The translations under genes were made by a program, and so were the position numbers. The notes under the pieces were generated by a model. That model saw only the letters and a program-made list of their open reading frames with translations, was not told the origin of the DNA and did not search any database. A DNA stretch of 64,000 bases from an uncultured Gemmatimonadales bacterium. GTDB lineage: Bacteria > Gemmatimonadota > Gemmatimonadetes > Gemmatimonadales > GWC2-71-9. The stretch is taken from the NCBI GenBank assembly GCA_963798915.1, contig CAWCVB010000007.1, positions 96,001-160,000 on the forward strand. The letters are read 5' to 3'. Below, one piece after another: positions 1 to 8,767 of this stretch. The stretch's first letter is position 1, and every line of letters starts with the position of its first letter.

Positions 1-2234
1 CGGTGCTGGCGTGTCTCCACCACCAGCCCGCTGCTCGTCGACAGGACGCGACGGAGCGGGTCCTTGGTCTCAACGGAGCCCACGCGCCGGCCCTCCGAAG
101 TGTACCATGTCACCGCCTTCGGCTCGAGCAGCGCGAAGCCGCGGTCGCCGACCACGACGTCGCTCGCCCCGTACACGTCGACGAGTGCCTCGAGGCGGTC
201 TCCGGCGAGGACATAGAGCCGGGTGTCCGTCAGGATATAGAGGTGCTCCCCGGCGTCGGCGATGTGCCGTGGTACCGAGCCGATGTCGTAGACGCGAACG
301 GGGATTCCTCGGGGGGAGACTACGACCACCTTGCCGGAGTACCCTGCGAGAAACGCGCGACCGTCCTTCCCGAGGTTGGCGGCGTAGATCCAATCCGAGG
401 CGAAGCTCTCGCTCACGCCCATGCTGATGGTGAACTCCATGTCAACTGCCCCGCCGCGTCCGTCCGGCACGGAGCCGCGGGAGGTGGAGAGCACCTGCTC
501 ATAGCTTACCCGCTCGACCTCGCCGCCGGAGAGCCGGGAAAGATCGGACCCCGTAAGCAGCTCCATCGCGGCGCCCAGCTCCTGGAACCGGGCGGTCGCC
601 TTCAAATCGCTCTGGTTCCGGTCAGGGTGCCACCGCATCGCGAGCGCCCGGTACTGCTTCGTAATTTCGTCGGGGGTGACCGGGAGCTTGAGCTGCATCA
701 GCTGGAGCGCCGCCTCGACCTCGGCGCTCGTTCCCGTCCGCTCCGACCGGTCAGCGACGACCCGCGTCCACCCCTCCTTGGACGGCATCCGGAAGGCCCA
801 CACCACCTGACCGGTCGCGGTGTCAAGGCACCACGCCTCGTCCACCACGGTAACGAGGTAGCGGCTCCGGTCGGAGGAGATGGCGACGGTCCGCGTGTGG
901 TTCTTTAGCTCATGCGGGCCGATGCCGAAGCGATCTGCCTGGGCGCGGTACTCGGGGAGGTCTGCCAGCGACTCCTCGATGAAGGGCGCGAGCGCCTCGG
1001 TGTAGCCGTGGAGCACCCCCTCGCGCGAGAGGAACAGGATCCCGGTCCCATCAGCGTTGACGTCCGACCGGTAGACGTCGTGAGCGAGGCCCCGCTCGGC
1101 GACAACCTGGCCCTCCCGGTCCGTCACGCGCAGGACGGAGGCGGCGTATTCGAAGCCCTCCCGCTTCCCCTTCGGGTCGAGCCAGTGGGTGTAGCGACCC
1201 GTCGGGAAGACATCCTTGTACGTGGGGTTGGGTCGGTCGGCCGGGGGGAGCTTTTCCTCGGCGGCCAGCACCCAGCCCTCGCCTTGCACCTCGAATCTTT
1301 CGCTTCTGGGCGCCTTGGCCTTCTTGGCTGCGCTGGTCCGGGCGTCCGCCTCACGTTGATCCCGTTCCTCCCACCGCAACGGCGCCCGCGGCAGCCGCAC
1401 GACGGGCAACTGGTCAAGATCGAGAAGGCGCGCCTTCGCCGCCGAGCGCCGGCTCCGGGCTCGTGGCGGGTGGGCCGGAGCGAGGAGGGAGGAGGATGAG
1501 GATGATGACGTAAAGGCGGTGCTGCTCGACGAAGACAAAGGTGGTGGCGACGATGACGCCGCCGCGGTAGAGATGCGGTAGCCGGCCGGATAGAGCTGGT
1601 AGCTAGAGCCCTTCTTAACCCGATGGATGCGCCCGGCCTTCTCCAGCCAGGTGGCGAGATTCGAGGCCCCCGACCCGGACCCGGCCTCGGCGTCGCCGTC
1701 TCCCAGAAGCCGGGACTTGAGCGACGACTGAAGGATCCCAGGCTCGGCCTGCACAAGCGCCACGATGTGAGGCACGACTCCGACGTCGGCCTCCGCTTCC
1801 TCGGCCGACGGCAGCCAGTCCCGAAGGTCCTCCACCGACTCGAGCACTGCGCGAAGCTCTCGGATGCCGTCCCGGTCCTCCATCACGGCCATGAGCTTGG
1901 GCGCCGTATGGACGGCATGTGACGTGTTGATGTCGAACTGGCCGTACTCGCGCTTCCACTGCACGACGACGGCTGGGAGGATCGAGTAGGTTGCCCGGGC
2001 GGCGCGGATGGCGCGAGCGTAGTCTCGATCGCGCTTCCCCGTCTCGATCTCGGCGGAGAGCTCGAAGTATCGGTTTACCACGTCACCACCCGCTTCCTCT
2101 TGGTTGCTCCACCCGCCAGCCCCATAGGCCCGCCGCGACGACTGCACCGGCCGCGCGTTCGACGACGTCGAGGGTGCGGCCGCGCGTGGCGCGTCCCCAC
2201 CGAGGCCAAAGAGGCGTTTGAAGAAGCTCATCAT
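1..2234 (-). CDS. Large multidomain cassette protein (>740 aa, runs off window): N-terminal winged-helix-like region, low-complexity linker, beta-propeller-like repeats with an embedded DnaJ J-domain
   Basis: Manual minus-strand translation from ATG 2234/2231 (MSFFKRLFGLGG...). In-frame LQLMQLKLPVTPDEITKQYRALAMRWHPDRNQSDLKATARFQEL with HPD at 621-629. Absent from the ORF track because its stop lies outside the window; the + strand ORFs here are shadows. Confidence 0.8.
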   Translation of the reverse strand, partial: MMSFFKRLFGLGGDAPRAAAPSTSSNARPVQSSRRAYGAGGWSNQEEAGGDVVNRYFELSAEIETGKRDRDYARAIRAARATYSILPAVVVQWKREYGQFDINTSHAVHTAPKLMAVMEDRDGIRELRAVLESVEDLRDWLPSAEEAEADVGVVPHIVALVQAEPGILQSSLKSRLLGDGDAEAGSGSGASNLATWLEKAGRIHRVKKGSSYQLYPAGYRISTAAASSSPPPLSSSSSTAFTSSSSSSSLLAPAHPPRARSRRSAAKARLLDLDQLPVVRLPRAPLRWEERDQREADARTSAAKKAKAPRSERFEVQGEGWVLAAEEKLPPADRPNPTYKDVFPTGRYTHWLDPKGKREGFEYAASVLRVTDREGQVVAERGLAHDVYRSDVNADGTGILFLSREGVLHGYTEALAPFIEESLADLPEYRAQADRFGIGPHELKNHTRTVAISSDRSRYLVTVVDEAWCLDTATGQVVWAFRMPSKEGWTRVVADRSERTGTSAEVEAALQLMQLKLPVTPDEITKQYRALAMRWHPDRNQSDLKATARFQELGAAMELLTGSDLSRLSGGEVERVSYEQVLSTSRGSVPDGRGGAVDMEFTISMGVSESFASDWIYAANLGKDGRAFLAGYSGKVVVVSPRGIPVRVYDIGSVPRHIADAGEHLYILTDTRLYVLAGDRLEALVDVYGASDVVVGDRGFALLEPKAVTWYTSEGRRVGSVETKDPLRRVLSTSSGLVVETRQH

Positions 2235-2402
2235 CAGGAAGCCGGACCGAGCAGAGGCGTCGACGAGAGAGGCGAAACCACAGGGGACGACATTACCGCC
2301 TCCCGCTCACAGGCCACATGTAGAGTCCTCCAGGCGTTTCGCGGCCCATGGAGACGCTCGGAAATGTCAGAGGGCGTATCCGTCACGGCTCCAAGTGGGT
2401 CG

Positions 2403-2436
2403 GTCTAACGTCATGCCAATCAGCGGCCTGTTGGGC
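2403..2436 (-). other. attC: Internally deleted attC site (34 bp)
   Basis: R'' GCCCAAC and R' GTTAGAC separated by only 20 bp. Confidence 0.6.
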
Positions 2437-2442
2437 AGTGAG

Positions 2443-2955
2443 TCATGCCGGTGCGTACTCAAGAGACACCGTACCTGTCTTGATATAGATTCGATGATTC
2501 ACGAGCATGAGCTTGGTTTGCTTGGCTAGGTGGGGGAGCAGCGGAATCCCTCCGCCAAGCAGCACGGGGATCACCGCAAGCTCGACCGAGTCAACGAGCC
2601 GCAGTTCAAGCAAGCTGCGGAACAGCTCGCCGCCTCCGAATAGCCAAATATCCTTCCCATCCACCCCTTTGAGCTCCGCCACTGTCTCCTTCAGGTTACC
2701 GGAGACCGTCACTTCAGGGCAGTCCTCCTGACGGAGCGTGTGCGAAAAAACGTAGGCTTGCATGCCAGGCATGCCACTCCCACCCTGTTGCCGTGTCGCC
2801 TCGTAGGTCTTTCGACCGAGCAGAACCGTGTCGAATGCGCCCATCAGCGCGCCAAAGTCAATATCCGGATCCATGACGATCCAGTCGTACTCGCCTTTCG
2901 GCCCGGCGATATATCCGTCAAGGCTCACGGCCACCGAAAACCGAACTCTTCTCAT
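2443..2955 (-). CDS. Dihydrofolate reductase / RibD C-terminal family protein
   Basis: SLDGYIA, LLGRKTYE, DIWLFGGG, IPVLLGGGIPL motifs. Confidence 0.9.
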   Translation of the reverse strand: MRRVRFSVAVSLDGYIAGPKGEYDWIVMDPDIDFGALMGAFDTVLLGRKTYEATRQQGGSGMPGMQAYVFSHTLRQEDCPEVTVSGNLKETVAELKGVDGKDIWLFGGGELFRSLLELRLVDSVELAVIPVLLGGGIPLLPHLAKQTKLMLVNHRIYIKTGTVSLEYAPA

Positions 2956-2973
2956 GTGTGAGTCCTCTCGTCT

Positions 2974-3039
2974 GCCCAACGCGATGCCGATCACCTGCGA
3001 GCCGCGCGGCGGATCGACAGGTGCATCGGCTTGTTAGCC
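2974..3039 (-). other. attC: attC site
   Basis: + strand gcccaac...gccgatcacctg/caggtgcatcggc...gttagcc palindrome. Confidence 0.85.
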
Positions 3040-3045
3040 GTCCTG

Positions 3046-3378
3046 TCAACGATCCGCCCTGGCCGTGCGAGTGGGAGGCGATATCGAAGCGAAGACCGCT
3101 CCCGCAAGGCCAACGTAGACCAACGACGACCACGACGACGCCGCATGGCCAGGTCCAAGGGTCCAAGCCGCCCCGTACACGGATACTCCACACACCACCG
3201 TTGACTGCAGGAACCGGAGCCAGCCATGCGGATTGGCTCGCCACGATTCAAGAACGCCCACAGCGAATAGATAAGGAAGCACAAAGTTCCATGGATTCTT
3301 GTCTGATCCTTCGATCAGCACGCCCGCCAGAATCAACACACCTGAAAGGACCAGTGCAACGATCTTCGGTCTTGGCAT
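3046..3378 (-). CDS. Small multi-TM hypothetical cassette protein
   Basis: Four hydrophobic stretches; GGAGG RBS; bounded by attC sites. Confidence 0.7.
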   Translation of the reverse strand: MPRPKIVALVLSGVLILAGVLIEGSDKNPWNFVLPYLFAVGVLESWRANPHGWLRFLQSTVVCGVSVYGAAWTLGPGHAASSWSSLVYVGLAGAVFASISPPTRTARADR

Positions 3379-3400
3379 CAGGGCCTCCGATTGGTGGTAC

Positions 3401-3535
3401 GGCTAACGACCGGCGCTTCAGCGGCGGGGCGGTCGCCCCGCCACTATTCGGCGTTCAGTCTCGGCCTGACTGGCGCTGGCGGGTCAGGGAGCTGCGGCCG
3501 ACGGCCGCCCCGCCAGCTGCAAGCGCGGGATAGAC
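3401..3535 (-). other. attC: attC site with mutated R'' box (GTCTATC)
   Basis: ggctaac..gcgcttcagc / gctgcaagcgc..gatagac. Confidence 0.8.
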
Positions 3536-3536
3536 C

Positions 3537-3791
3537 TCAGCGGCGCGACTGCCAGCGCCGCGGATGACGTCGGGAATGCGCTACCGCGATGACCGCGATC
3601 TGCTCTGGTTCCATGACGTAATACACGGCATAGGGAAAGCGTCGCACGTGCGCGCGCTGAATGGCGGCGAATGTCGCTCGCACGGCTCGGGTGAACTCGC
3701 TCCCGAGGCCCGCGACGCGGCACTCATACCAAGTGAAGGCTTCGTCGAGGTCGGCGGTGGCTTCCGGCTCAACGAGAAAGCGCGGCGTCAT
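3537..3791 (-). CDS. RelE/ParE-family toxin with 14-aa internal deletion
   Basis: EATADLDEAFTWYE...RRFPYAVYY...VIAVAHSRRHP; lacks QPESYARAHEEIRR found in the paralog at 19034-19330. Confidence 0.85.
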   Translation of the reverse strand: MTPRFLVEPEATADLDEAFTWYECRVAGLGSEFTRAVRATFAAIQRAHVRRFPYAVYYVMEPEQIAVIAVAHSRRHPRRWQSRR

Positions 3792-4003
3792 CGGCCGCGC
3801 TGCTCGATTTCTCGGAGGACGTCTTCGGCCGGTCGTCCCCGGCCGGGGTCCTGCCGATGGAGCGCGAGGCGCCGCTCCAACTCCGCCTTGAGTTCGAGGG
3901 CCATGGCCTCGTCTCGAGGCTCGAGACTGTCCCAAAGATCCTCGGCGAGCTGAATCCGCTCCTCGGGGGTCAGATGGGAAAAGTCGAAGATGGGCGAGGT
4001 CAT
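3788..4003 (-). CDS. Addiction-module antitoxin
   Basis: LTPEERIQLAEDLWDSL...ELERRL; ATGA overlap with the toxin. Confidence 0.88.
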   Translation of the reverse strand: MTSPIFDFSHLTPEERIQLAEDLWDSLEPRDEAMALELKAELERRLALHRQDPGRGRPAEDVLREIEQRGR

Positions 4004-4053
4004 AGATCCAATTTGGCGTCCGGCCCGAACGAGCGCAAGCAAGCCTGGCTGAG

Positions 4054-4196
4054 GTCTAACGTTCCGCGCTTAAGCTGCCAGCGACTCCTCGCCCGCAGCG
4101 AATTCTCCGATTCCTTCTGAGTATGCACCGCCAGGGGCCCGCCGCTAAGGAGGCTGGGGGCCGTGCGCGCTGGACGGCTTTAAGCGCTTGTTAGGC
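4054..4196 (-). other. attC: attC site
   Basis: gtctaac..gcgcttaagc / gctttaagcgc..gttaggc. Confidence 0.85.
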
Positions 4197-4235
4197 GGCC
4201 CACCAAGCGCAGCCCCGCCCACTCATCGGTCGCCA

Positions 4236-4817
4236 TTATCGGGCCGCCGGGACCGGGACCCCAGGCTTCAGGTCCACATTATGATAGGCGACGATCTTCC
4301 ACTCCCCAGCCTGCCTCGCGACGACCTGCAGCAGGCGCGTCCGCAGTCGCCCTTGCCCATCGAGCGTCATCCGTGGCGGTGGCCGCGCCACACCCGTGAC
4401 CGCGGTCAACACCTCAACTACGGCGACATCGGGAGTGATGAAACGGAGCGATACGATATTCTGCTGTAACTGTGTGTGCTTGAAGAGGCTTCCGAAGATC
4501 ATCTCGTGCTGCCGCAGAAATCCCGCATAGCCCGTGAAGAACTCACCTCGAATGTTGGTGAACGTGCCGTTCGCCGCGAAGTGACGCGAGTAGGCGGTCG
4601 CGTCTCCCTGGTCCCACGCCGTGATCTCGTCTTCCACAATCTGGCGAATGGCGGTCGTGTCGACGGACGTCTGCGCGCTGAGCCGCGTCGCCAGGATGCT
4701 GAGGCCAAGAACCCAGACGAATGTGCTGACAGGTCCCTGGCAACATGGCTGCCGTGTGAGACCGTGCGTGCGTGTGGTACCTTCGCAAACCGGGAGCGCC
4801 ATAGCGAATCCCTCCAT
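4236..4817 (-). CDS. NTF2/SnoaL-like (SgcJ/EcaC, DUF4440) protein, probably exported
   Basis: AWDQGDATAYSRHFA, LRFITPDVAVV, WKIVAYHN; start uncertain. Confidence 0.8.
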   Translation of the reverse strand: MEGFAMALPVCEGTTRTHGLTRQPCCQGPVSTFVWVLGLSILATRLSAQTSVDTTAIRQIVEDEITAWDQGDATAYSRHFAANGTFTNIRGEFFTGYAGFLRQHEMIFGSLFKHTQLQQNIVSLRFITPDVAVVEVLTAVTGVARPPPRMTLDGQGRLRTRLLQVVARQAGEWKIVAYHNVDLKPGVPVPAAR

Positions 4818-4839
4818 AAGCCAGACCGCGCACCGGCCC

Positions 4840-4953
4840 GCCTAACTCCCTGCGCTTCTGCGGCAGGGCCTGGGGCGGGCGGCCCATTCCTCGTAAAACT
4901 ATCGCGGGCCGCCCGCCCCGCTAGGCCCTGACCGCAGCAAGCGCGGGTTAGCT
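4840..4953 (-). other. attC: attC site
   Basis: gcctaac..gcgcttctgcgg / ccgcagcaagcgc..gttagct. Confidence 0.88.
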
Positions 4954-4954
4954 G

Positions 4955-5370
4955 TCAGCTGCCCGCGAGATGCTGGCGAATGAATTCACGAGGCGTCAAC
5001 ACCTCAATGCCACGCCATCCAGAAACATCGACCAGATGCCTGTCCCCCGAGACAATGACAGATGCGCCCGATGCGACGGCAGCAGCGCGGAACTTATCGT
5101 CGTCGGGATCCGCGCTCACTGGGACCGGGAGCGGAAAGGCGTCGAGCAGAGGCGAGTGGACCGTCAGGATCTCAAGAATCGTCGAAAACACTTGCGGCCC
5201 TCCGGATATCGCGCCGCCATGGCGTGGCCAACCCGCGCAGTCTCTTCGAGGATGTCGGGCGTGAGCACCAGCGCCAGCAGATCCTCGGACCATGCATCAA
5301 CAATCCGGCCGGGCACACCGCCAAAGAAGATCCCCGAAACCAACACGTTGGTGTCGAGGACCACTCTCAC
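4955..5370 (-). pseudogene. PIN-domain toxin (VapC-like), frameshifted near 5200-5240
   Basis: MRVVLDTNVLVSG in one frame; DPDDDKF...IVSGDRHL...VLTPREF in another. Confidence 0.8.
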
Positions 5371-5630
5371 TTGGAGCGGCGCACCTTCGCCACGGCCTTC
5401 GCCACGTCTGAGGGTTTCATTCCTGAGCGCTTGGCGGCCAGTCGGGCTTCACGAACCAGCTTCGCAAACTCGTCGCGGGAGGGTGCCTCCAACGTCTTAA
5501 AAATCACGACATCCCCGTCGCCGAGGACGACGAACTGGGTGCCAGCCTTGAGGCCGAGTCGGTTGCGAATTTCTTCGGGGATCACGACCTGCCCCTTCGA
5601 GGAGAGGGTTGTCGTGGCGGTTTCGCTCAT
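5367..5630 (-). CDS. AbrB/MazE/SpoVT-family antitoxin
   Basis: TTLSSKGQVVIPEEIRNRLGLKAG. Confidence 0.9.
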   Translation of the reverse strand: MSETATTTLSSKGQVVIPEEIRNRLGLKAGTQFVVLGDGDVVIFKTLEAPSRDEFAKLVREARLAAKRSGMKPSDVAKAVAKVRRSK

Positions 5631-5647
5631 GGCTGCTCCTGGTATGC

Positions 5648-5685
5648 CTTACCAGTAAGATGCCTGCTATCAGAATGACCGTCAA
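5648..5685 (-). promoter_or_regulatory. Putative TA promoter and operator
   Basis: TTGACG-17 bp-CATCTT on the minus strand, overlapping palindrome CTTAC-TG-GTAAG. Confidence 0.5.
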
Positions 5686-5694
5686 GGGAGGAGC

Positions 5695-7015
5695 TGTAGA
5701 GCTTGAGCAACCGGGATGATCCTTAACACCGTAAACCGGGAACATGGTTTACACCTCGGGGAGCTGCCGGTCAGCTCCGAATGATGTAATCCCGCTCATT
5801 GAAGCGAGCAATCAGGACCTTGCAGAAGTAGATCGACCAGATGCCGTCGTCGACCTCATCGAGCCCCACGTCGTAGCCTTCGAGGGGCGTGGCCAGGAAG
5901 AGCAACCGGCGCCCAAAGCGAAAGGTGCCGCCGCTGGTGATCCGCTTCACGAGGTAATGCCCTGGGTACTCGATCGGCGGCAAGCGGCGCGGATATTCCC
6001 GCGGTGAGGGCCGATAGACCGAGGCCGGGGTGGCGCCGTGGAGCGAGTCATGCGGCCGCACCTCGTTGTACTCGTGACGGAAGGTGTCGAAGGCGCGTTG
6101 CTGCGCGGGTAACGTGGCGCGCGGGGGGCGAATGGCGCCGGCCTTGAGCGTCTTGTGCATCCGTTCGTGCGCGCCGTTCTGCTGGGGGTGCGCGGGCAGG
6201 ATGCGCTGGTGCTGAATGCCGAGGCGGATCCACCAGACGTTGAGCTGGGAGAGCCCGTGGATCGCCTGGGTGGCGAACGGGACGCCGTTGTCGGTGCGGA
6301 TCGCGCGTGGCAGGCCATACTCCCGGAAGGTGCGCTCAAAGGCCGGCTTGGTGCCCGCCGTCTGCACATTCCGCAAGCTGTGACACGTCAACAGATACCG
6401 TGAATGCTGATCGGAAATGGTCAGCGGGTAGCAGTAGAGCCCGTCTCCCGTCCGGAACTGGCCCTTGAAGTCGGCGGCCCAGAGGTCGTTGGGCTCCGTG
6501 GTGGTGGGCGGGACCGTGCCGGGGTGAACGGGGCGCCGCCGCCGCCGGCGCTTGGTCACCAGGCCTTCGCGGGCGAGCAGATCCCCGACGGTACTGATCG
6601 CCGGCCACGCGGTGATGCGACGATGCCGCGGCGCCAGGTACTGGAGCAGCTTTTTCGGTCCCCACTGCGGATGCTTGCGCCGGACGGTGCAGAGGATCGC
6701 CGCGATCGGATCCGGGATGCGATGCGGGCAGTGGTGCGGGGCACGACTCCGGTCCGCCAGGGCGGCCCGGCCGCCGGCGTCGGCGCGCTCCACCCACTTG
6801 TAGCCGGTCGGGCGGCTGATGCCATACCGTTCACAGAGCTCGGTCATCGAGTAGAGACCGGCGCGGACATCCGCAATGAAGCGTTCACGTTGTTCCATCG
6901 GGCACGTCGCAGTCCAGGGCATGGCCAACCTCCGGGGGGTCGGCCAGGATAGCAGTGTAAACCATGTTCCCGGTATACTCTGTTACCTATGTACCCGGTT
7001 TGTACCAGCTGGACA
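5695..7015 (-). mobile_element. IS481-family insertion sequence
   Basis: TGT...ACA termini; ~60 bp imperfect terminal IRs containing a perfect 19-mer ACCGGGAACATGGTTTACA (5735-5753 / 6956-6974). Confidence 0.85.
5771..6928 (-). CDS. IS481-family DDE transposase
   Basis: HTH (GISRPTGYKW), WAADFKG, IRTDNGVPF, QQNGAHERMHKTLK. Confidence 0.95.
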   Translation of the reverse strand: MAMPWTATCPMEQRERFIADVRAGLYSMTELCERYGISRPTGYKWVERADAGGRAALADRSRAPHHCPHRIPDPIAAILCTVRRKHPQWGPKKLLQYLAPRHRRITAWPAISTVGDLLAREGLVTKRRRRRRPVHPGTVPPTTTEPNDLWAADFKGQFRTGDGLYCYPLTISDQHSRYLLTCHSLRNVQTAGTKPAFERTFREYGLPRAIRTDNGVPFATQAIHGLSQLNVWWIRLGIQHQRILPAHPQQNGAHERMHKTLKAGAIRPPRATLPAQQRAFDTFRHEYNEVRPHDSLHGATPASVYRPSPREYPRRLPPIEYPGHYLVKRITSGGTFRFGRRLLFLATPLEGYDVGLDEVDDGIWSIYFCKVLIARFNERDYIIRS

Positions 7016-7106
7016 GCTAACGCCAGCTTCTGCTGCGAGCGGACTCCAGGGCGCCCATCCGGCCACCGATCGACGGTCCGCTCGTCGGCAGCAAGCAGAG
7101 TTAGGC
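7015..7106 (-). other. attC: attC site abutting the IS481 end
   Basis: agctaac..gcttctgctg / cggcagcaagc..gttaggc. Confidence 0.8.
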
Positions 7107-7209
7107 TGCCACCTGGAATATGCGTCCGAATGACCCGTCCCGCACGATTAGGTCACGCCGTCCGCACCGACCCCGTCGACGCTTCGCGCTTCCCGGTCGG
7201 AGCGCGCGC

Positions 7210-8449
7210 ATGGCTCAGGCGGTGCCGGCGGTCCTCGGCGTCTACCAGCCACAACGCCCGCAGGCCTCGCCGCTGTTTCGGTTGGTGCAGGATCATCTGC
7301 GTGGCCTGCAGACGGTCTACGACGAGCGCTTCGCGCAGGAGTACGGCCCCTGGCGCCCGGTCATGGGTGAGGTGGCCGAGAAGTTCCTGGCCTGCGGGGT
7401 TCTGGCGCACGGCTTTGCCCGCATCCGTTGTGACGACTGTGCCCACGAGGACCTGCTCGCCTTCTCCTGCAAGGGTCGCTACTTCTGCCCAGCTGCCACG
7501 CCAAGCGCCTCGCGCGCTGGACGCAGTGGCTGGATACCACGCTCCTCGCGAGTGTGCCCCACCGCCAGGTGGTGCTGACGCTTCCCAAGCGGCTCCGGGC
7601 CTACTGTCTATATCGGCGACGCCTGCTCGGCGAGATCGCCCGGGTCGCGGCGGGCACCGTCACGGCGGCCATCCGCACCCTGACCGGCGAGCGGCATCTC
7701 GCGGTCGGGATCGTCGCCTGCCTGCAGACCCATGGCTCGCGCGCCAACTGGCATCCGCATCTGCACCTGCTGGTTACCGATGGCGGGTTCCGGCCGGATG
7801 GGACCTTCGTGACGTGGCCGGTGCACGACACCGCGCGGTTGACCGAGGCGTTTCGCCGCGCGGTGCTCCGGCTGTTTGTGCGGTTGGAGCTCTTCGACGA
7901 GGATCAAGCCGCCGGGATGCTCACCTGGCCGCACTCCGGTTTCCCTCGAGCGGCTGACCTACGACCGCGCGATGCACACCGTGACCTACCGCTTGGACAA
8001 GTCGGTGGGTCCCACGGCGGGCACCGAAACGCGTCGATCCGAGAGCGTTCCTCGCGCGCGTGCTGGTGCACATCCCGCACAAGGGCCAGGTCACCACACG
8101 CTACTATGGCTGGTACGCCAATCGGCCCCGCGGCATGCGGCGACGGGCCGAGTCTGGTGGGGCCAACCCGCCGACACCGATCGTCACCACGCCCCGGCTC
8201 GCGCCCACCGAGGCCAGCCGCCGTTGGGCCGCGCTCCTGCGGCAGATCTTCGAGGTCGACCCGCTTCGTTGCCCCACCTGCCAGGGCGCCATGCGGATCG
8301 TCGCGGTCATCACCCTGCGCTCGGTGATTGAGCAGATCCTGGCGCACCTCGGCACCCGCACCACTGCCGCGGCACGGAGCCCGCCGTCCACTCGGGCGCC
8401 GGCGCCTTGGGGCCCGCCGAGTCGACGCACGGCCACGCCGGCGTCCTGA
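7210..8449 (+). pseudogene. IS91/ISCR-like HUH transposase, frameshifted and internally deleted (copy 1)
   Basis: Zn-binding FARIRCDDC..SCKGRYFCP, HUH motif HPHLH, TRYYGWYANR, C-terminal DPLRCPTC; split over several frames. Confidence 0.88.
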
Positions 8450-8669
8450 CAGACCGTGACCTCGCAGGACCGAATGTCACCCCGGCCACCCGGTCGGGGA
8501 TGTTCGGGGTGCGCGTCGGCCCGACAGAGCGCCCCCGCCCGCGGCCCCCGACCCGCCGCGAGGCCAAATGGACCAGCGAAGACCCGAGCCGACACCCCAA
8601 CGGCCCCACCCGCACCGCCGGCAGGCCGGTGGTGCGGCGCCGGGAGCTGCGGTACCTTCGGGTGACCAG

Positions 8670-8686
8670 GATTGAAATTCCTATTC
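8670..8686 (+). other. oriIS-like end of IS91-like copy 1
   Basis: GATTGAAATTCCTATTC matches the IS91-family AAATTCCTAT ori motif; identical at 11561-11577. Confidence 0.75.
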
Positions 8687-8767
8687 GGCACGTTCTGGAA
8701 TGAGGAGACCGATGTGCGTCGGTGCACCTCGCCTCGACCGACCTTGTGCCGTTCAGGAGGGCCCGCC

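Noticed and set aside
3..1922. + strand ORFs of 301, 195 and 99 aa
   Set aside because: Antisense shadows of the minus-strand J-domain gene.
2443..2955. Trimethoprim-resistance dfr cassette
   Set aside because: Motifs fit the widespread RibD-C/DHFR-like family rather than DfrA or DfrB.
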